64,000 nt of DNA from Pseudomonadota bacterium. Lineage in GTDB: Bacteria > Pseudomonadota > Gammaproteobacteria > Burkholderiales > JAKAFK01. Location of the stretch: contig JAKAFK010000004.1 in the NCBI GenBank assembly GCA_021817985.1, forward strand, positions 13,505 to 77,504. The letters run 5' to 3'. The notes beneath the pieces are model-generated. The model had not been told where the DNA came from. It saw only the letters and a list, made by a program, of their open reading frames with translations, and did no database searches. A program made the translations under genes and the position numbers. Below, piece after piece: positions 1-9,525 of this stretch. How positions within the stretch are numbered: the stretch's first letter is position 1; the number at the start of each line of letters is the position of its first letter.

Positions 1-576
1 GGCCTCCAACGGCAGCGCGCAGCGCGGAAAGACGCGCCACTCAATCGGGCTCATATGCTCGCCCATGATCTGGCTGTAGAGGCTCGCCGCCCTATGGCCG
101 CCATCGACCATGCCCATGCTGGCGCACCCGATCAGGTAGTCGTAGCCGGACCGCTTCATGTAGTCCGCCAACCCCGACCAAAGCAGCGCAATGACGCCGC
201 CTCTGCGGTAGGCGGGATGGACGCAAGAGCGTCCCACCTCGACCATGCGGGAGCGCAGATAGGCAAGGCGCGTAAGGTCGAACTCGTCGTCCGAATAGAA
301 GCCGCCCAGCCTTCTCGCCTGCGTGGGGCTCAAAATCCGGTACGTGCCCACGACCTCGTTCGTGTCGGTCTCACGCACCAGCAGATGGTCACAGTAGGCA
401 TCATACATATCTTGGTCGAGCCCCGGCTCCTTGACGGACAGTCGCGCGCCCATCTCCTCCGCGAATACCTTGTAGCGCAGGCGCTGGGCCTCGCGCACCT
501 CGGCTTCGCTGCTCGCCAGGCAGACGACGAATTGGCCCCGTTCCTGATGCAATGCCTGCGGCTGTGAGTTCAGCAT
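1..576 (-). CDS. olsB: GNAT-family N-acyltransferase, ornithine-lipid synthase OlsB-like (3' end outside window)
   Basis: Not in the ORF track because there is no stop in the window. Manual translation from ATG 576 gives MLNSQ...EVREAQRLRYKVFAEEMGA...DAYCDHLLV...VVGTYRIL...FYSDDEFDL...VEVGRSCVHPAYRRGGVIALLWSGLA, typical of OlsB/GNAT acyl-amino acid synthases. Confidence 0.85.
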   Translation of the reverse strand, partial: MLNSQPQALHQERGQFVVCLASSEAEVREAQRLRYKVFAEEMGARLSVKEPGLDQDMYDAYCDHLLVRETDTNEVVGTYRILSPTQARRLGGFYSDDEFDLTRLAYLRSRMVEVGRSCVHPAYRRGGVIALLWSGLADYMKRSGYDYLIGCASMGMVDGGHRAASLYSQIMGEHMSPIEWRVFPRCALPLEA

Positions 577-608
577 ACGCCCTTCCTCGCCCTGTGTTGG
601 ATGCGCGT

Positions 609-652
609 AGCGTAGGGGCGAGAAGTGACGGCGCTGTGACAGCCGTATTAAG
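609..652 (-). promoter_or_regulatory. Pho box (PhoB site) and -10 upstream of olsB
   Basis: Minus strand reads CTTAATA-CGG-CTGTCAC-AGCG-CCGTCAC (the last two are 11 bp apart and match CTGTCAT), then 10 bp, then TACGCT (-10). Confidence 0.75.
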
Positions 653-700
653 TTTTTGTCGTGTCCGGCCGCCGTCCAACGCGGCCGGATCGATCAGGCA

Positions 701-1171
701 TCAGTCCGCGTGGGTGATGCGGGTGACGCCGCCGCTGGACAGCACTTCCACGCGGTTCCCCCGGTAGAAGGGAACATCGGCGGGCTGCGTCACCGCGATG
801 ATGCGCCCGCTGTCGAGGCGAACGGTAATCTCGAGCCCGGCCTGCCGGGTTGTGCCCTGCTCGATCGCCGAGCCGGCGAGGCCTCCGCCGACGGCGCCCA
901 CGATCGCGCCGACCAAGGCCCCCTTGCCCTCGCCCAGGTTGCTCCCGGCAATCCCGCCGACGGCCGCGCCCGCCAGGGTGCCCACCCCGCTTCGGGTACC
1001 GCCGATCTCGACATGGCGCACGCCGATGACCCGCCCGAAGCGCACATGCTCCACGCGGCCCACCTGGTCACGCGAATACGTCTCGCTCGACAAGCTGGTC
1101 GCGCATCCGCCCAACATCAGCGCACCGGCCAGCAGCGCCCCCCACACCCCAATCCTGTTCCAGCGACTCAT
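701..1171 (-). CDS. slyB: Outer-membrane lipoprotein, glycine-zipper 2TM (SlyB/Pcp family)
   Basis: Lipobox LGGC, glycine zipper GAAVGGIAGSNLGEG...GAVGGGLAG, and GLEITVRLDSG motif. Confidence 0.85.
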   Translation of the reverse strand: MSRWNRIGVWGALLAGALMLGGCATSLSSETYSRDQVGRVEHVRFGRVIGVRHVEIGGTRSGVGTLAGAAVGGIAGSNLGEGKGALVGAIVGAVGGGLAGSAIEQGTTRQAGLEITVRLDSGRIIAVTQPADVPFYRGNRVEVLSSGGVTRITHAD

Positions 1172-1234
1172 GCTCCTCCCTTCGACGACAAGACGACACG
1201 CCGGGGACACTTGGCGGATCACCCCGGCTTCGTA

Positions 1235-2167
1235 TTAGTCCATATCGAAGCCAAAATGGTTTCGGAAGGCATGACGCAGACTGTCCGGATCCGTCGTATG
1301 GTTTTGCGCCCCGCGGCGCGCAACCTTGATGGCCCCCATCAGTGAGGCGATCCGCCCAGTCACCTCCCAGTCCAATCCACGCCCGATCCCATAGAGCAAG
1401 CCGGCGCGATAGGCATCGCCGCAGCCGGTGGGATCGAGCACCTGTTCCGCCTGCACGCAAGGCACGCCGACCTCCCGCCCGCCGTGATAGATCACCGAGC
1501 CCTTGCCTCCGAGGGTGACGATGAACGCCTTGACGTTGCGGGCCAGATCCTCGATCTTCTCACCGGTACGCTCCTGCAGCAGACGCGCCTCATAGTCGTT
1601 CACGGTCACATAGGCGGCCCGCCGGATGAACGCAAGGAGCTCCTCGCCGTTGAACATCGGCAGTCCCTGCCCCGGGTCGAACATGAAGGGAATGCCGCGC
1701 TCGCTCAATTGCTGCGCATGGGCGAGCATGCCCTCACGCCCATCGGGGGCGATGATCGCCAGCTCAACATCCGCCAGGGCGGCGTTGTTCTCATGGGAAT
1801 GATTCATGGCGCCCGGATGGAAGGCCGTGATCTGGTTGTCGTCCAGATCGGTCGTGATGAACGCCTGCGCCGTATACGTTCCCGGGATGGGCCTCACATA
1901 AGGGCTCAAGAGCCCCAAGGTGCGCAGCCGCGCGGAATAGGGCTCGAAATCGTCGCCCACGGTCGCCATGATCACGGGGTCTGCGCCCAGCAGCTTCATG
2001 CCGTAGGCGATGTTGCCGGCACAGCCGCCGAATTCGCGCCGCATGTCGGGCACGAGAAACGCCACATTCAGAATGTGCAGCTGGTCGGGAAGCAGGTGGT
2101 TCTTGAAGCGGTCCTTGAACACCATGATGGTGTCGTAGGCCAGCGAGCCGCAAATGAGAGTACGCAT
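1235..2167 (-). CDS. PfkB/ribokinase-family sugar or nucleoside kinase (adenosine kinase-like)
   Basis: GSLAYD, GGCAGNIAY and DPTGCGDAYRAG PfkB signatures; start MRTLICG. Confidence 0.9.
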   Translation of the reverse strand: MRTLICGSLAYDTIMVFKDRFKNHLLPDQLHILNVAFLVPDMRREFGGCAGNIAYGMKLLGADPVIMATVGDDFEPYSARLRTLGLLSPYVRPIPGTYTAQAFITTDLDDNQITAFHPGAMNHSHENNAALADVELAIIAPDGREGMLAHAQQLSERGIPFMFDPGQGLPMFNGEELLAFIRRAAYVTVNDYEARLLQERTGEKIEDLARNVKAFIVTLGGKGSVIYHGGREVGVPCVQAEQVLDPTGCGDAYRAGLLYGIGRGLDWEVTGRIASLMGAIKVARRGAQNHTTDPDSLRHAFRNHFGFDMD

Positions 2168-2257
2168 GACTACCGCCTTTTGTTCGCAGGTTCCAGGGAT
2201 CGGCGCAATTATAGCAGCGCCTTCCCGCAATGGCTCCTCGCGTCGCGCGCCTAAGCG

Positions 2258-2313
2258 CTGTCGCAAAAGCTTCATGGCCCGGTCACGAAAACGTTGCCCG
2301 TGCCGTCCATAGT
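2258..2313 (+). promoter_or_regulatory. Pho boxes and -10 upstream of the phospholipase C gene
   Basis: CTGTCGC, GCTTCAT, CGGTCAC and ACGTTGC at 11-bp period (2258, 2269, 2280, 2291), then 10 bp, then CATAGT (2308-2313). Confidence 0.65.
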
Positions 2314-2319
2314 AGGGCC

Positions 2320-3165
2320 GTGCAAAGACGCCCGCTCCTTCTCTTGTGGCTGGTTCCCCTGTGCCTATACAGCACAAGCGCCTTCGCATGGGGTCTATAC
2401 ACCCATGTCTACTTTGCCCAACTGCTGATCTGGGTGGTGCCGATCGCCGATCCCGCGCTCCGGCGCTTGGCGCGACGGATGCCGCATCTGGTCATGAGCG
2501 GGGCATGCCTGCCGGACCTCGCGGTGCTGGGACCTCGCGTGGGCACGCCTGCCTTCCGGGACACGCACGAGTGGGGGCGCGCGCGTGCGTTGTTGCACCA
2601 TGCGCGCTCCGATGAGGAAAAGGCACTGGCATTGGGTTTCAGCAGCCACTTGCTGGTCGACGTCATCGCCCATAACCACTTCGTGCCGGCCCACGAAACC
2701 GTCTGGGTCGACATTCCTCTCCTGACCCACCTCGTCGCCGAATGGGCGATGGACGCCCATGTCGAGAGGCAGCTCTTCGCGACCCCGGCGCAACTCCTGG
2801 ACGGCAACCGGGATCGGCTCGCGCGATTCGTGGCCGAACAGTTCCATTGCCCGATCGAGGCTGCCACGCGGAGCCTGCGCTGGCTCGGACGCGGCGACCA
2901 CTGTCTGCGCACGAGCCGGGTGCCGAACACGTTGTACCGGTGGGGGCAGTGGCTAGATCCCAGGCTTCGCCGCCGCTTCGACTATTATGCCGCACAAACG
3001 GCCACGCGGCTCGCGCAGATCAATCGCCTCTTGGAGGGGGCGGAGCCGGCGTGGTCCGCCGACCTGATCTGTCCGAAAGTCAAACGAGCCCGCATGCGCA
3101 ACTACTCGGTCGATGAGTTGAGGGACCGCCTGCCCCTGCCCGCCGATCTTTTCCGTCAGGCCTGA
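2320..3165 (+). CDS. Zinc-dependent phospholipase C family protein with signal peptide
   Basis: Signal peptide ending AFA|WGLYTH (N-terminal Trp and His of the PLC/S1-P1 fold), GACLPD, SHLLVDVIAHN, HLVAEWAMD. GTG start inferred. Confidence 0.75.
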   Translation: MQRRPLLLLWLVPLCLYSTSAFAWGLYTHVYFAQLLIWVVPIADPALRRLARRMPHLVMSGACLPDLAVLGPRVGTPAFRDTHEWGRARALLHHARSDEEKALALGFSSHLLVDVIAHNHFVPAHETVWVDIPLLTHLVAEWAMDAHVERQLFATPAQLLDGNRDRLARFVAEQFHCPIEAATRSLRWLGRGDHCLRTSRVPNTLYRWGQWLDPRLRRRFDYYAAQTATRLAQINRLLEGAEPAWSADLICPKVKRARMRNYSVDELRDRLPLPADLFRQA

Positions 3166-3198
3166 GACCGGCGCTCCGGCTCGCCGCGCCGTGCCGGA

Positions 3199-3741
3199 TC
3201 AGAAGTAGAAGGGAAGGAAGGACGCGGTCGCCACGAGCGTTCCGACGAAGGCGCCGGCCAGCACGTCACTGGGATAATGGAGCCCGAGCACCAGACGCGA
3301 GAGGCTGACCAGCGCGCTGAAGGGCAGGACAAGCCACGCGAGGCCCGGATAGTAGGCCAGGACGACGATGCTGAAGGCCACGGCGTGAAGCGTGTGCCCG
3401 GAGGGAAAGCTGAACTCGTCCAGCGGGTGGGTGGAGATGAGCAGCCGCCGATTCTGCTCGAAAGGCCGCGGGCGGGAAGTGCGCGCCTTCAGCCACTTGT
3501 AGAGCAGCGTGCCCACGATGCCGACCGCAATCATGTGCAGGACGGGCCGCACGGCGGCGGCACCGTCCCAAACGAGCAGGGCGGCCATCAGCGCGTACCA
3601 GAACACCCCATTGCCAAGCCGGCTTGCGCTGCGGAACAGGCGCCGCACCCATCGATAGTGACTGATGCGGTTGAAGCGCTCGCACACAAGCCCTTCCCAG
3701 TGGCTCATCTCATTCAAGCGGTCCGCAAGTCTCTGTATCAT
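3199..3741 (-). CDS. PAP2-family membrane phosphatase
   Basis: KxxxxRPRP, SFPSGH and SRLVLGLHYPSDV PAP2 motifs; start overlaps the GT4 stop. Confidence 0.9.
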   Translation of the reverse strand: MIQRLADRLNEMSHWEGLVCERFNRISHYRWVRRLFRSASRLGNGVFWYALMAALLVWDGAAAVRPVLHMIAVGIVGTLLYKWLKARTSRPRPFEQNRRLLISTHPLDEFSFPSGHTLHAVAFSIVVLAYYPGLAWLVLPFSALVSLSRLVLGLHYPSDVLAGAFVGTLVATASFLPFYF

Positions 3742-4916
3742 GGCGCGCGCTCCTTGGCTGCGATCGCAATCAGGATCTCTTCAAAGACGGTATAGACCAT
3801 TTCCCAGTCCAGACGAACTGCAGTCGTCCTCGCCGCTGCTCGCAGACGGGCGATCGTGTCGGGCGATTCGATGAGCGCCACGGCCGATTCGACGAACCGG
3901 CGCGCGTCGTCGAACGGGGCGGTCAGCCCATTGCCGCCGCTCGCGATATGCTCCGCCGCCGCCGCGTAGTCGTAAGCCACCACCGCAAGCCCGCTCGCCA
4001 TGGCCTCCGCGGTGACGTTGCCGTAGGTCTCGCTGAGGCTCGGGAAGAGAAAAATGTCCGATGACGCATAATGGGCCGCCAGATCCTCGCCGGTGCGCAG
4101 GCCCGCGAATACGTAGTCCGGGTGGCGCGCTTCCATCTCGGCCCGCTCGGGCCCGTCCCCGACGATGACGAAGCGCGCAAGGGGATCGGCGCGCCGCATC
4201 GCCTCGAACGCCCTCGCGGCCAGCGGAAGGTTCTTCTCCGGGGCCACGCGGCCGACATAGAGCACGACCGGATGATCGTCCTTCGCCCCCCATCGGGCAC
4301 GAAGCGCCGCCGAGCGCTTGGCCGGGTTGAACAATTGGGCGTCGACGCCGCGCGGCACCACCGCGAGGTGGCGGAACCCTGCGAGCTCGAGCTCGCGCAT
4401 GACGGCCCGGGTCGGCACCAAGGTGCGCATGGCCTTGTTGTGGAAGTGGCGCAGATAGGCGGAGACTGCGCGTTTGAGCCAGCCGAATCCGTAGTGACCG
4501 CTGTAGACGTGGAAATTGGTATGAAAATCCGTGCAAACGGGGATCTTGAGCCGTGCCGCCGCGGACAGCGCCGACCACCCCAATGGGCCTTCGGTCACGA
4601 CATGGACGACGTCCGGGCGACCCGATGTCCACAGCCGCAGCAGGGCCGACCGGTGGGGGAGCCCCATGCGCAAGCCGCCATAGCGCGGAATCGGCATGCC
4701 CGGACAGAGCACTTCGCTCAGGCGCTCGCGCCGGACCGGCGCATCGGCAGCGCCTTGGCGGGGGCGAATGAGCTGGATCTGGTGGCCACGCATCTCCAGC
4801 CCGTCCACCAGTCGCCCCATGGTCATGGCCACGCCGTTGATTTCCGGCGGATATGTTTCGGTCACCACCGCTACGCGGAGCAGCGCTTTCGATGGCGCCG
4901 GATTTTGCATCATCAT
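3738..4916 (-). CDS. GT4 glycosyltransferase, putative glycolipid (diacylglycerol glycosyl) synthase
   Basis: VTETYPPEINGVA, HVVTEGPLG, YVGRVAPEKN, FPSLSETYGNVTAEAMASG. Confidence 0.85.
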   Translation of the reverse strand: MMMQNPAPSKALLRVAVVTETYPPEINGVAMTMGRLVDGLEMRGHQIQLIRPRQGAADAPVRRERLSEVLCPGMPIPRYGGLRMGLPHRSALLRLWTSGRPDVVHVVTEGPLGWSALSAAARLKIPVCTDFHTNFHVYSGHYGFGWLKRAVSAYLRHFHNKAMRTLVPTRAVMRELELAGFRHLAVVPRGVDAQLFNPAKRSAALRARWGAKDDHPVVLYVGRVAPEKNLPLAARAFEAMRRADPLARFVIVGDGPERAEMEARHPDYVFAGLRTGEDLAAHYASSDIFLFPSLSETYGNVTAEAMASGLAVVAYDYAAAAEHIASGGNGLTAPFDDARRFVESAVALIESPDTIARLRAAARTTAVRLDWEMVYTVFEEILIAIAAKERAP

Positions 4917-4974
4917 GGGGGCACGCACAGGGCCTAGGCAATGGGCAGCGTTAGCCGGAAAGTACACGGCTGCG

Positions 4975-5030
4975 ACTTTGCACCCACAACAAGACGGGGT
5001 AATGACGGTTTTATGGGCGTTTTGTGACAC
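4975..5030 (-). promoter_or_regulatory. Pho boxes upstream of GT4-PAP2
   Basis: Minus strand GTGTCACAAAA-CGCCCATAAAA-CCGTCATTACC-CCGTCTT (four 11-bp units), then 10 bp, then CAAAGT. Confidence 0.75.
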
Positions 5031-5134
5031 CCCGGGGGAAAGGCCGAGCTTCGGCGGCCCGACCGGTCAAGGCTGCGGCACAAGAGGCCCGCATGGCCGC
5101 CGCGGGTATCCGGCCATGGGCCGCACGCCCGGCA

Positions 5135-5527
5135 TCAGCGAAGCAGAACGAGCGCCCAAACCATCGCGGCATTGAGGAGGCTGATCAGGACGGCGGCGCT
5201 GCCCAGGTCCTTCGCGCGCTTCGCCAGTCGGTGGCTTTCCAGGGAGATGCGGTCCACGGCCGCCTCGATCGCGGAATTGAGGAGCTCCACGATCAGCACC
5301 AGCATCACGGAGCCCACCATGAGCGCCTTGCCCACCCCCCCCACCGGCAGGAAAAAGGCGGCGGGCACCAACACGACCGCGAGCAGCACCTCCTGACGGA
5401 AGGCATCTTCATGGTGAAGCGCCGCCTTCAGGCCGGCAAGCGAGTAGTGCAACGCGTTGACGACGCGCTTGACACCGGTCTTGCCCTTGTGGGGGCTTTC
5501 CTCCGACGACGGTTCACGTTGCTGCAC
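5135..5527 (-). CDS. dgkA: Diacylglycerol kinase
   Basis: [15 protein letters not shown] and [15 protein letters not shown]...[15 protein letters not shown]. Start uncertain (GTG 5527 or 5557). Confidence 0.92.
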   Translation of the reverse strand: MQQREPSSEESPHKGKTGVKRVVNALHYSLAGLKAALHHEDAFRQEVLLAVVLVPAAFFLPVGGVGKALMVGSVMLVLIVELLNSAIEAAVDRISLESHRLAKRAKDLGSAAVLISLLNAAMVWALVLLR

Positions 5528-7007
5528 GTTGGGCGGACTCCCGGAGAGCCGTCTCACCAGCCGTCCCTCGCCAGACGAGATCCAGCTCCCTGGCGGCCTT
5601 CACGTCGTCCAACCGGCGCACCGGCGTCGTGTAGGGGGCCCCCTTGACCCGTTCCGGGTCGGCAAAGGCCTCTTCGAGGATTTCCTTCATGGCGCCCACG
5701 AAGGCATCCAGCGTCTCCTTGGACTCCGTTTCCGTGGGCTCGATCAACAGGCATTCGGGCACAAGCATCGGAAAATAGGTCGTCGGCGCATGGAAGCCCT
5801 TGTCGAGCAGACGCTTCGCGACATCCATCGCGCTCACGCCCGTCTGATCCTTCACCGGCTTCAGCGAGACGATGAACTCGTGGCTCGCCCGCCGCGCGGG
5901 GAAGGCCACGTCGAACCCGACCTTGCGCAGTTCCGCCATCAGATAGTTGGCGTTGAGGGTGGCAAACTCCGCAATGCGGTGCAGGCCCTCCCGTCCGACC
6001 ATCCGGGCGTAGACGTAGGCACGCAGCAGCACCCCGGCGTTCCCGGCGTGCGCCGACAGACGCCCGATGGACTGCGGGCGGTCCGCTTCGGTGAGCCAGC
6101 GGTAACGGCCCTCCTCGAATGCCACGACGGGAATCGGCAGGAAAGGCAGGAGCCGCTCGGACACGCCGACCGGGCCCGCGCCGGGTCCGCCGCCGCCGTG
6201 CGGCGTGGAAAAGGTCTTGTGCAAGTTGACGTGGATCACGTCGAATCCCATGTCGCCGGGTCGCACTTTGCCCAGGATCGCGTTCAGGTTGGCGCCGTCA
6301 TAATAGGAAAGGCCGCCTGCCGCATGGACAATGCGCTGGATCTCGTCGATCGAGCGCTCGAACACGCCGAGCGTCGACGGGTTGGTCAGCATGAGTCCGG
6401 CCGTCTGCGGCCCGACCGCCTCGCGCAAGGCGCCAAGGTCGACGTCGCCATCCCGGAGGGTGGGAATTTCCCGGACCTTGAAGCCGCACATGGCGGCGGT
6501 CGCCGGATTGGTGCCATGGGCCGCATTGGGAATGAGGATCTCGGTGCGCGCCGCATCGCCGCGCGAGGCATGGTAGGCCCGGATCATGCTGACCCCGGCA
6601 AGCTCGCCTTGCGCGCCGGCCATCGGGGTCAGGCTCACCCCCGCCATGCCGGTGACATCCCTGAGCATCTCCTGCAACTCGAACAGGCAGGCAAGGAAGC
6701 CTTGCGCGGTATCCTCGGGTGCCGACGGATGATGCGCCAGGAAGGCCGGCATCATGGCCGCGGCGTGGGCAGCGCGCGGATTGTATTTCATCGTGCACGA
6801 ACCCAAGGGATAGAAATGCGTGTCCACCGAGAAGTTCTTCTGCGACAGCCGCGTATAGTGGCGCACCACGTCCATCTCGGAGGCCGCCGGCAGCCGGGGC
6901 GCACGCGCGCGCAACAGGTGCGCCGGGATGTCGTCGACCGTCGCACGCGCCTTCGGCATCTGGGCCGCGGCCCGGCGTCCGGATTGGGATCGTTCAAAGA
7001 TGAGCAT
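5514..7007 (-). CDS. gcvPB: Glycine dehydrogenase (decarboxylating) subunit 2
   Basis: [20 protein letters not shown] and [16 protein letters not shown] (PLP lysine). Confidence 0.97.
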   Translation of the reverse strand: MLIFERSQSGRRAAAQMPKARATVDDIPAHLLRARAPRLPAASEMDVVRHYTRLSQKNFSVDTHFYPLGSCTMKYNPRAAHAAAMMPAFLAHHPSAPEDTAQGFLACLFELQEMLRDVTGMAGVSLTPMAGAQGELAGVSMIRAYHASRGDAARTEILIPNAAHGTNPATAAMCGFKVREIPTLRDGDVDLGALREAVGPQTAGLMLTNPSTLGVFERSIDEIQRIVHAAGGLSYYDGANLNAILGKVRPGDMGFDVIHVNLHKTFSTPHGGGGPGAGPVGVSERLLPFLPIPVVAFEEGRYRWLTEADRPQSIGRLSAHAGNAGVLLRAYVYARMVGREGLHRIAEFATLNANYLMAELRKVGFDVAFPARRASHEFIVSLKPVKDQTGVSAMDVAKRLLDKGFHAPTTYFPMLVPECLLIEPTETESKETLDAFVGAMKEILEEAFADPERVKGAPYTTPVRRLDDVKAARELDLVWRGTAGETALRESAQRAAT

Positions 7008-7048
7008 GGCGCACAGGGTCCTCTCGAAAAAATCCTTTCAGCCCGCGC

Positions 7049-7555
7049 TCAAGGGGCCGCGGCGGCGGCCAGGGCCGCCTCGTAATCAGGCTCCTGCTTG
7101 ATCTCCGGAACGAGCTCGGTGTAGAGCACCTTGTCGTCCTCGTCGAGCACGATGATCGCGCGGGCCATGAGCCCTGCCAGCGGATAGCTGGAGATCAGCA
7201 CGCCGTAGGCTTTGTGGAAGTCCCGCCCGCGCATGGTGGACAGCGTCATCACGTTTTGCAGCCCCTCGGCCGCGCAAAAACGCCCCTGCGCGAAGGGCAG
7301 GTCGGCCGAGATCACCAGCACGACCGTGTTGGACAGCCGGCTGGCCGCCTGATTGAATTTGCGCGTCGACTCGGCGCACACCGGCGTATCGAGACTGGGC
7401 ACGATGCTCAATATCTTGCGTTTGCCCTTGAACTGGCTCAAGGAGACGTCGTTGAGATGCTGATCCACCAGCATGAAGCTGGGCGCGGTCTCTCCCACCC
7501 TCGGAAAATTGCCTTCGACTTGTATGGGCTCTCCGCCCAGCGTCACGGTTGACAT
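7049..7555 (-). CDS. tpx: Thiol peroxidase (Tpx, atypical 2-Cys peroxiredoxin)
   Basis: PSLDTPVC (peroxidatic Cys), [12 protein letters not shown] and EPDYEAAL. Confidence 0.95.
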   Translation of the reverse strand: MSTVTLGGEPIQVEGNFPRVGETAPSFMLVDQHLNDVSLSQFKGKRKILSIVPSLDTPVCAESTRKFNQAASRLSNTVVLVISADLPFAQGRFCAAEGLQNVMTLSTMRGRDFHKAYGVLISSYPLAGLMARAIIVLDEDDKVLYTELVPEIKQEPDYEAALAAAAAP

Positions 7556-7580
7556 AAATCCCCTCCTTATGGCTCAAAGG

Positions 7581-8963
7581 TCACGTCGGTTTATAGGCGC
7601 AGGGTGGCTGATCGCGCCGCTTCGTGGCAATGCGTTCAAATTGCGCGACGTACTGATCGATGTCTTCCTCGGTCTTGGTCTCCGTGACGCAGACGAGGAT
7701 CGCGGCCCCAAGCTCCGGATAATGCTCGGAAAGATCAAGTCCGCCCAGTATGCCTTGCGCCCGCATCGCCCGCAACAGCTCGCGGGCGGGCAGGTCGAGC
7801 TGGATCACGGCTTCGTGGAAGAAGGGGCCGGCGAAGGCGCGGCGGACCCCCGGGATCGCCGTGAGCCTTTCGATCAGCCGGCGCGTATTGGCGTGCGCCT
7901 GCGCGGCGACGCGCGCAAGCCCCTCTGCCCCCAGAAGGGCCATGTAGACCGTCGCCGCCAGCACCAGCAATCCCTGATTCGTGCAGATATTGGAGGTCGC
8001 CTTGGAGCGGCGGATATGCTGCTCGCGCGCCTGCAGGGTGAGCGTAAAGCCGGTTCGGCCCTCCAGGTCGACCGTGCGGCCCACGAGACGCCCCGGCATT
8101 TGCCGCACCAGGGATTCCTTGCAGCACATGAAGCCGAAATAGGGCCCGCCGGCCGACAAGGGCACCCCCAACGGCTGCCCCTCGCCCACGGCGATGTCGG
8201 CACCCTCGCGCCCCCATTCGCCCGGCGGCACGAACAAGGCGGCGGCAATCGGATTGAGCAGGGCAATGACGAGCGCGCCCCGGTCGTGCGCCCAGTCGGT
8301 CAGCGCATCGACCGCCTCCAGCTGCCCGAAGAAGTTCGGCTGCGCGATGACCAGTGCGGCCAGCTCCGCAACCTCGGGGAGCGGGCCTACGACCCCGGAC
8401 TCGGAATCATAGTCGATTTCGATGAGCTCGATGCCTTGGCTTTTCACCAAGGCGGACGCGACCTTGCGATAGATGGGGTGCACGGTCTTCGGCACCAGGA
8501 TGCGGCGGGCCCCCTTATGCGCCCGCACCGCCATCAGGATCGCCTCTCCCAAGGCCGACGCGCCGTCATACAGGCTCGCGTTGGAGACCTCCATCGCCAT
8601 GAGGCCCGCCATCATGCTCTGATACTCGTAGATGACCTGCAAGGTGCCCTGACTCGCCTCGGCCTGGTAAGGCGTATAGGCGGAGTAGAACTCCCCGCGC
8701 CCCGCAATCTCCCAGACCGCGGCCGGGATGTGGTGCTCGTACGCCCCGGCCCCGATGAAATTGGCATAGTGGCCATCGTGCTCGGCGCGGGCCCGCATGA
8801 GGCGCAGGATTTCCATCTCGCCGACACCCGGCGGGACGAGACTCACGCCCTGACTGGACAGGCGAGGAGGGATTTCGTCGAAGAGGTCCTCGATGCGCGC
8901 GGCACCGATGGCCGCCAGCATTTTCGACACATCTTCGTCAGTATGGGGAATGAACGGCATCAT
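7581..8963 (-). CDS. gcvPA: Glycine dehydrogenase (decarboxylating) subunit 1
   Basis: [47 protein letters not shown]. Confidence 0.97.
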   Translation of the reverse strand: MMPFIPHTDEDVSKMLAAIGAARIEDLFDEIPPRLSSQGVSLVPPGVGEMEILRLMRARAEHDGHYANFIGAGAYEHHIPAAVWEIAGRGEFYSAYTPYQAEASQGTLQVIYEYQSMMAGLMAMEVSNASLYDGASALGEAILMAVRAHKGARRILVPKTVHPIYRKVASALVKSQGIELIEIDYDSESGVVGPLPEVAELAALVIAQPNFFGQLEAVDALTDWAHDRGALVIALLNPIAAALFVPPGEWGREGADIAVGEGQPLGVPLSAGGPYFGFMCCKESLVRQMPGRLVGRTVDLEGRTGFTLTLQAREQHIRRSKATSNICTNQGLLVLAATVYMALLGAEGLARVAAQAHANTRRLIERLTAIPGVRRAFAGPFFHEAVIQLDLPARELLRAMRAQGILGGLDLSEHYPELGAAILVCVTETKTEEDIDQYVAQFERIATKRRDQPPCAYKPT

Positions 8964-9045
8964 GCACCTTCAGCGTTCGAATCGGCCGACCGGCGGCCTC
9001 GCGGGTGCACGCGCGCCTCACGGCCGCGCACCCGGGAAATCAAGG

Positions 9046-9435
9046 TTAGTGGGATTCGCTGTCCACCAGCACCTGGTATTGCGCCGCATCCAGGAGCGCG
9101 TCGAATTCCGTGGGATCGCTCGGCTTCAGCCGGAACATCCAGGCCCCGTAGGCGTCCTGATTGAGCCTCTCGGGCGAGGCCTCCAATTCGGCATTCACGG
9201 CCACCACTTCCCCCGCCACGGGGGCGTATACGTCGGACGCCGCCTTGACGGATTCCACGACCGCGCACTCTTCACCGGTCGCAAGCGTGCGGCCCACCGC
9301 AGGGTTCTCTACAAACACCATGTCGCCCAGGAGCGATTGCGCATGGTCGGTGATGCCGACCGTGATGGTGCCGTCGTCCTCGCGCTTGGCCCACTCATGG
9401 GTTTTGGTGTATTTCAGATGACCAGGCATACTCAT
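9046..9435 (-). CDS. gcvH: Glycine cleavage system H protein
   Basis: [12 protein letters not shown] and VESVKAASD (lipoyl Lys). Confidence 0.97.
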   Translation of the reverse strand: MSMPGHLKYTKTHEWAKREDDGTITVGITDHAQSLLGDMVFVENPAVGRTLATGEECAVVESVKAASDVYAPVAGEVVAVNAELEASPERLNQDAYGAWMFRLKPSDPTEFDALLDAAQYQVLVDSESH

Positions 9436-9525
9436 GGAACCCCCAAAAAAATGGCTTTCATCCCCGAAAAGGCCGCACCGGCGCGGCGCCCAGACCGCGG
9501 CACGCGGACACGCAATGCCCGCCCC

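Noticed and set aside
55-567. Plus-strand 170-aa ORF in the track
   Set aside because: It is the antisense shadow of the olsB-like gene on the minus strand.
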